Positions 1 through 14,558 of a DNA stretch of 14,558 nucleotides are shown here, in pieces; the first letter of the stretch is position 1; each line of letters starts with the position of its first letter. The position numbers and the translations under genes are program-made. This DNA comes from an uncultured delta proteobacterium (GTDB taxonomy: Bacteria; Myxococcota_A; Polyangia; Haliangiales; Haliangiaceae): positions 325,470 to 340,027 of the forward strand of contig CAVZFC010000035.1 of the NCBI GenBank assembly GCA_963774445.1, written 5' to 3'. The notes under the pieces are model-generated. The model did not search any database. It saw only the letters and a list, made by a program, of their open reading frames with translations, and had not been told where the DNA came from.

Positions 1-1
1 C

Positions 2-181
2 GTCTCGGCCTTCATCATCCAGCCGAACGGCAGCGTGACCGCGTCGAAGGCGTCGGGTATGCCTTCGGAGGTCTCCGACTGCGTGGCCGAGGTCATCTCG
101 ACCATCAACTTCCCCAAGCCGCGCGGCGGCGGCATCGTTCAGGTCCGCTACCCGTTCAACTTCCGTCCCAGTGGCGGTTGA
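2..181 (+). CDS. 3' end of upstream gene (partial, start outside window). C-terminal ~59 aa: ...VSAFIIQPNGSVTASKASGMPSEVSDCVAEVISTINFPKPRGGGIVQVRYPFNFRPSGG*. The pattern resembles a TonB C-terminal domain (S-G...A-x-x-A-V...F-x-P...G-x-V-x-V-x-x-P-F-x-F).
   Basis: Frame 2 is open from the window edge to TGA at 179-181. GC3 bias is strong (gtc tcg gcc ttc atc atc cag ccg ...). A GC-rich hairpin followed by a T-rich tract lies immediately downstream. The TonB-C assignment comes from motif resemblance only. Confidence 0.5.
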   Translation, partial: VSAFIIQPNGSVTASKASGMPSEVSDCVAEVISTINFPKPRGGGIVQVRYPFNFRPSGG

Positions 182-252
182 TCGTCGCAGTTGGTCGCCG
201 CGGCTGATCGGCGGAGCTGAGCCAAGAGCCTCTCACCACTACTAAACCCCGG

Positions 253-290
253 ACCGCGTTGCTTGCCCGAGCAACGCGGTTCGTTTATTC
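253..290 (+). terminator. Rho-independent terminator: perfect 10-bp GC-rich stem (accgcgttgc / gcaacgcggt), 8-nt loop (ttgcccga), then a T-rich tract tcgtttattc.
   Basis: The inverted repeat was read directly from the sequence (253-262 pairs with 271-280), followed by a TTTATT run at 281-290. It lies ~70 nt after the upstream stop codon. Confidence 0.65.
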
Positions 291-315
291 TGCCCGCGAT
301 TTCGAGGAGCTAGGG

Positions 316-1257
316 ATGCACGCACACAAGCTGGGGTTGACCGCCGTTGTCTCGCTCGTTTCGGTCCTTGTCGCCGGTTGCCCGGACAAGGCCAAGAACG
401 AGTCGATCGAGCTCACCAACAAGGGAGTCGAGAAGTTCAACAACCAGTCGTGGGACAAGGCGATCCAGCTCTTCAAGGACGCGACCGCCAAGTACCCCGA
501 GAACCACCAGGCCTGGTACTCGATGGGCGAGGTCTACGCCAAGCAGGAGATGTGGAAAGAGGCGGCTGAGGCGTATGCCGAGGCGGCCAAGCACAAGAGC
601 GACGACGCCATGTACAACATGCGCCTCGGGCAGGCGCGGTTCGAGGCGGCCAAGAAGGCAGCCACGGACAAGGACGGCAACGTCGGCAAGTTTGGCGACC
701 TTTCCACCGCGCAGACCGCCCTCGAGCACGCCGTTCAGCTCAACAAGGACCTATTCCGCGCCTATTACTATCTGGGCCGGATCTACCAGGAGAGCGACAA
801 GCCCAAGGAGGCCGCCGAGGCGTTCACCCGCTGCGCGTCGCTCAACCCGAGCTTCGGCCCCGCGTTCATCGAGCTGGGCAAGCTGTACATCGCGTGGGAC
901 AAGTACGACGAGGCCGTGCGCGTGTTGTCGCAAGGCGTTCAGCACGTCCTGGACCCCGAGGAGCAGACCGACGTCTACTACAACCTCGGGTACGCCTACG
1001 ACATGAAGGCGCGCATGACCGAGGGCGGCAGCTCGGAGTTCCTCGACAAGGCGATCGAGGCCTACTCCAAGGCGCTCGACGCCCGCGCCGACAACAACGA
1101 GGCCAAGCTGATGCGCGGCCTGGCCTACACCCGCAAGGGCGACAAGTCGAAGGCCGAGGCCGACCTCGACGCCTATGTGAAGCGCGGAGCGGGGTCGACC
1201 TTCGACAAGTACGAGGCGACCAAGGCGCTCTACTCGCTGGGCGGAAGCCCGATGTAG
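316..1257 (+). CDS. TPR-repeat lipoprotein of ~313 aa from ATG 316. Signal peptide MHAHKLGLTAVVSLVSVLVAG|C ends in lipobox LVAGC, and at least 6 TPR-like helix pairs follow. The architecture resembles TPR lipoprotein pilotins/assembly factors (Tgl/PilF/PilW-like), not verified.
   Basis: The ORF-track start TTG 259 lies inside the upstream terminator stem. ATG 316 is preceded by GAGGAG (304-309) at RBS spacing. A positively charged n-region, 14-aa hydrophobic core and L-V-A-G-C lipobox are present. TPR signatures include AWYSMGEVYAKQEMWKEAAEAY, AYYYLGRIYQESDKPKEAAEAF and AFIELGKLYIAWDKYDEAVRVL. GC3 bias is strong. Confidence 0.8.
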   Translation: MHAHKLGLTAVVSLVSVLVAGCPDKAKNESIELTNKGVEKFNNQSWDKAIQLFKDATAKYPENHQAWYSMGEVYAKQEMWKEAAEAYAEAAKHKSDDAMYNMRLGQARFEAAKKAATDKDGNVGKFGDLSTAQTALEHAVQLNKDLFRAYYYLGRIYQESDKPKEAAEAFTRCASLNPSFGPAFIELGKLYIAWDKYDEAVRVLSQGVQHVLDPEEQTDVYYNLGYAYDMKARMTEGGSSEFLDKAIEAYSKALDARADNNEAKLMRGLAYTRKGDKSKAEADLDAYVKRGAGSTFDKYEATKALYSLGGSPM

Positions 1258-1357
1258 AGGCGGGGCCACTGTAGGCCCTGTACCCACCTCGCCACGCATG
1301 TGACGAGGGCCGCATCGCGCTTTGGGTCGCGGATCGTCCGTGATCGCCCGCCTGGCT

Positions 1358-1378
1358 ACCGAAACCGGCTCGGTTCGG
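1358..1378 (+). terminator. Imperfect hairpin ccgaaaccg-gct-cggttcgg (8 bp with a 1-nt bulge) ~100 nt after the lipoprotein stop. No U-tract follows, so it is at most a weak terminator or RNA-processing structure.
   Basis: Inverted repeat read from the sequence. The following bases (ctgatcccc) are not T-rich. Confidence 0.2.
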
Positions 1379-1380
1379 CT

Positions 1381-1464
1381 GATCCCCGAATAGTTTCCAT
1401 GATATAAGCATCCTCCGGAGGGGAATCCGGACTTTCCCATAAAAAGCGGAGGGATAGGCCGCCA
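1381..1464 (+). promoter_or_regulatory. Putative promoter / 5'-UTR region of the giant gene. It holds the only AT-rich island in the window (gaatagtttccatgatataagcat), a double-palindrome hairpin TCCGGAggggaaTCCGGA (1414-1431), and an RBS-like GGAGGG (1449-1454) 10 nt before ATG 1465.
   Basis: Local AT-richness (tagtttccatgatataag) stands out in a ~70% GC background. TATAAG/GATATA hexamers could serve as -10 elements. Two palindromic TCCGGA hexamers sit 6 nt apart. A purine-rich SD lies upstream of the ATG. Confidence 0.35.
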
Positions 1465-13325
<11,861 letters not shown>

Positions 13326-13329
<4 letters not shown>

Positions 13330-13383
13330 CGGCAACGAGCGTCAGGTCACGCCGCGTGACCCCGGATCTGCGCTACGATCCGG
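13326..13383 (+). terminator. Three consecutive perfect stem-loops fill the 58-nt gap between the giant gene and the next gene. They are ctgacg-N8-cgtcag (13326-13345), ggtcacg-ccg-cgtgacc (13345-13361) and ccggatc-N8-gatccgg (13362-13383). No U-tract follows. This is an intrinsic-terminator-like, attenuator or RNA-processing/stability element.
   Basis: The inverted repeats were read directly. The first overlaps the TGA stop (13327-13329) and the last ends 4 nt before ATG 13388. Confidence 0.5.
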
Positions 13384-13387
13384 GATC

Positions 13388-14542
13388 ATGCGGATGACTC
13401 GTATTCTTCCCGTGGCGGCGTTCGCGCTGCTCCTCGGTTGTGGTCAGGTCACGGCACAGAGCGACGGCGGCACCGACGGCAGCTCGTCGAGTGACGACGG
13501 CGGCGGCGGCGGCGGCGACGCCAGCCCCGTCTGCGGCGTGTGCGCGCCGCAGGCCTCTTGTGTCGGTACCACCTGCGAGTGCAACGCCGGCTGGGTCGGC
13601 GACGGAGAAAGCTGCACCGACCTGAACGAGTGCATTACCGGGCAGAACGACTGCCTGGCCGAGGCGATGTGCATCAACCTGCCGGGCAGCTTCAGCTGTA
13701 ACTGTCCGGCGGGCGCGGTGGGGGACGGCCGCAGCTCATGCCAGAGCGGGCTGATCTACTTCGCCAACGATGGCACCAACGGCGGCTACATGAAGTCGCT
13801 CGACCTGAACACGTTGAACTTCACGGACGAGGTCAGGAACGGCCAGTTCTCGGCCGGCTACTACTACCCCGGACTGTTCGCTGTCGGCGGCGGCCTCTTC
13901 TACTTCTCCAACGACGGCAAGCGCTACGACGGCAGCGCCTGGGCGACGGCAGCCTACCCGGCGGCACAGCAGCGCGGCGAATACGGCGGCGCCGTGATGA
14001 ACGGCCGCATCTACGCCATCGGCGGGCGTGGGCCGCGCAAGGACGGGGCCTACTACGACCCGGCGAGCAACAGCTGGACGCCGATCGCCGACTATCCGTG
14101 GCCCGTGGAGTGGCCGGCGGCGGGCGCCGTTGGCGGCAAGCTGTACGTCGTCGGCGGCCGGGCCGACGTTGGCGGCAACACCGTGACCAACAAGTTCGCC
14201 GTCTACGACCCGGCCAACAACACCTGGACCCCGCTGGCGGACGCGCCCTTCTCCGACGGGGCGCCCTATGGCGCGGTCGCCGGCAACAGCTTCTGGGCGC
14301 TGGCGCAGGGGGCGGTCTGGCGTTACACGCCGGGCGGGCAGTGGGCCAACAGCAGCAGCCTGCCAAGCGGCACCAACTTCAAGCCGGTCGTGGTCGACGA
14401 CGTGCTCTACCTGGTCGGCGACAACGCCGCCGGCACCGCGGTGATCTTCATGAAGCAGAGCGCCGTAGCCCCCTGGGTGACCGTGGCGTCGCTCGACGGC
14501 TTCCAGATGGGCTTCTGGTCCCACGCCGGCCCGGCGAACTGA
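13388..14542 (+). CDS. Secreted lipoprotein with eukaryote-like modules. Signal MRMTRILPVAAFALLLG|C is followed by a Gly/Ser/Asp-rich linker, a 6-Cys EGF-like module, a calcium-binding EGF (cbEGF) module, and a Kelch-type beta-propeller (>=4 blades).
   Basis: Lipobox LLGC follows a basic n-region and hydrophobic core. The first EGF-like module is CGVCAPQASCVGTTCECNAGWVGDGESC. The cbEGF consensus DLNECITGQNDCLAEAMCINLPGSFSCNCPAGAVGDGRSSC matches D-x-N-E-C…C-x-N-x-x-G-S-F-x-C-x-C. Kelch blade signatures include GGAVMNGRIYAIGGRG…YYDPASNSWTPIADYP, GAVGGKLYVVGGRAD…VYDPANNTWTPLADAP and AVAGNSFWAL…WRYTPGGQW. GC3 bias is strong. Confidence 0.8.
   Translation: MRMTRILPVAAFALLLGCGQVTAQSDGGTDGSSSSDDGGGGGGDASPVCGVCAPQASCVGTTCECNAGWVGDGESCTDLNECITGQNDCLAEAMCINLPGSFSCNCPAGAVGDGRSSCQSGLIYFANDGTNGGYMKSLDLNTLNFTDEVRNGQFSAGYYYPGLFAVGGGLFYFSNDGKRYDGSAWATAAYPAAQQRGEYGGAVMNGRIYAIGGRGPRKDGAYYDPASNSWTPIADYPWPVEWPAAGAVGGKLYVVGGRADVGGNTVTNKFAVYDPANNTWTPLADAPFSDGAPYGAVAGNSFWALAQGAVWRYTPGGQWANSSSLPSGTNFKPVVVDDVLYLVGDNAAGTAVIFMKQSAVAPWVTVASLDGFQMGFWSHAGPAN
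13498..13515 (+). repeat. (GGC)6 trinucleotide microsatellite encoding the GGGGGG run in the lipoprotein linker.
   Basis: Read directly: ggcggcggcggcggcggc. Confidence 0.85.
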
Positions 14543-14558
14543 TCCGCAGCGGCTAGCC

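Noticed and set aside
259-315. TTG 259 as the start of the lipoprotein gene (ORF-track model).
   Set aside because: The start codon sits inside the terminator stem. The added 19 residues precede a complete canonical lipoprotein signal peptide that begins at ATG 316 with a GAGGAG RBS.
1258-1380. Possible small ncRNA or riboswitch in the 207-nt gap between the lipoprotein and giant genes.
   Set aside because: Only weak, imperfect hairpins (gggcc-actgta-ggccc; ccgaaaccg-gct-cggttcgg) are present, and I could not recognise any conserved riboswitch motif. The region is treated as leader/promoter instead.

Overview
This is a high-GC (~70%) bacterial chromosomal segment with strong GC3 codon bias on the + strand. 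Its composition and eukaryote-like domain content are most consistent with a myxobacterial-type genome; that is inference, not a database result. All supportable genes are on the + strand, in four pieces. (1) Positions 2-181 are the 3' end of a gene whose C-terminus resembles a TonB-C domain. It is followed by a clean rho-independent terminator at 253-290. (2) Positions 316-1257 encode a TPR-repeat lipoprotein with a classical lipobox. (3) Positions 1465-13329 are a single uninterrupted 11.9-kb ORF encoding a 3954-aa protein built almost entirely of TPR-like alpha-solenoid repeats, with a ~72-aa double-helix-pair period marked by recurring 'LDP' turns. A ~140-aa acidic/polybasic disordered linker containing KNKKSKKRKRRKK interrupts the array. 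An ~310-aa super-repeat anchored on an '(I/V)LEPIYE' motif recurs at least five times. The protein ends in a ~280-aa non-TPR C-terminal domain of unknown function. (4) Positions 13388-14542 encode a lipoprotein with a Gly/Ser linker, two eukaryote-type EGF modules (one a calcium-binding cbEGF consensus) and a Kelch-type beta-propeller. Three tandem perfect stem-loops fill the 58-nt gap between genes 3 and 4. A G8 homopolymer sits at codons 17-19 of the giant gene. The long minus-strand and alternate-frame ORFs in the supplied track are GC-skew artefacts. The most unusual content is the three-gene cluster: TPR lipoprotein, giant TPR scaffold with a polybasic linker and unknown C-terminal domain, and EGF/Kelch lipoprotein.
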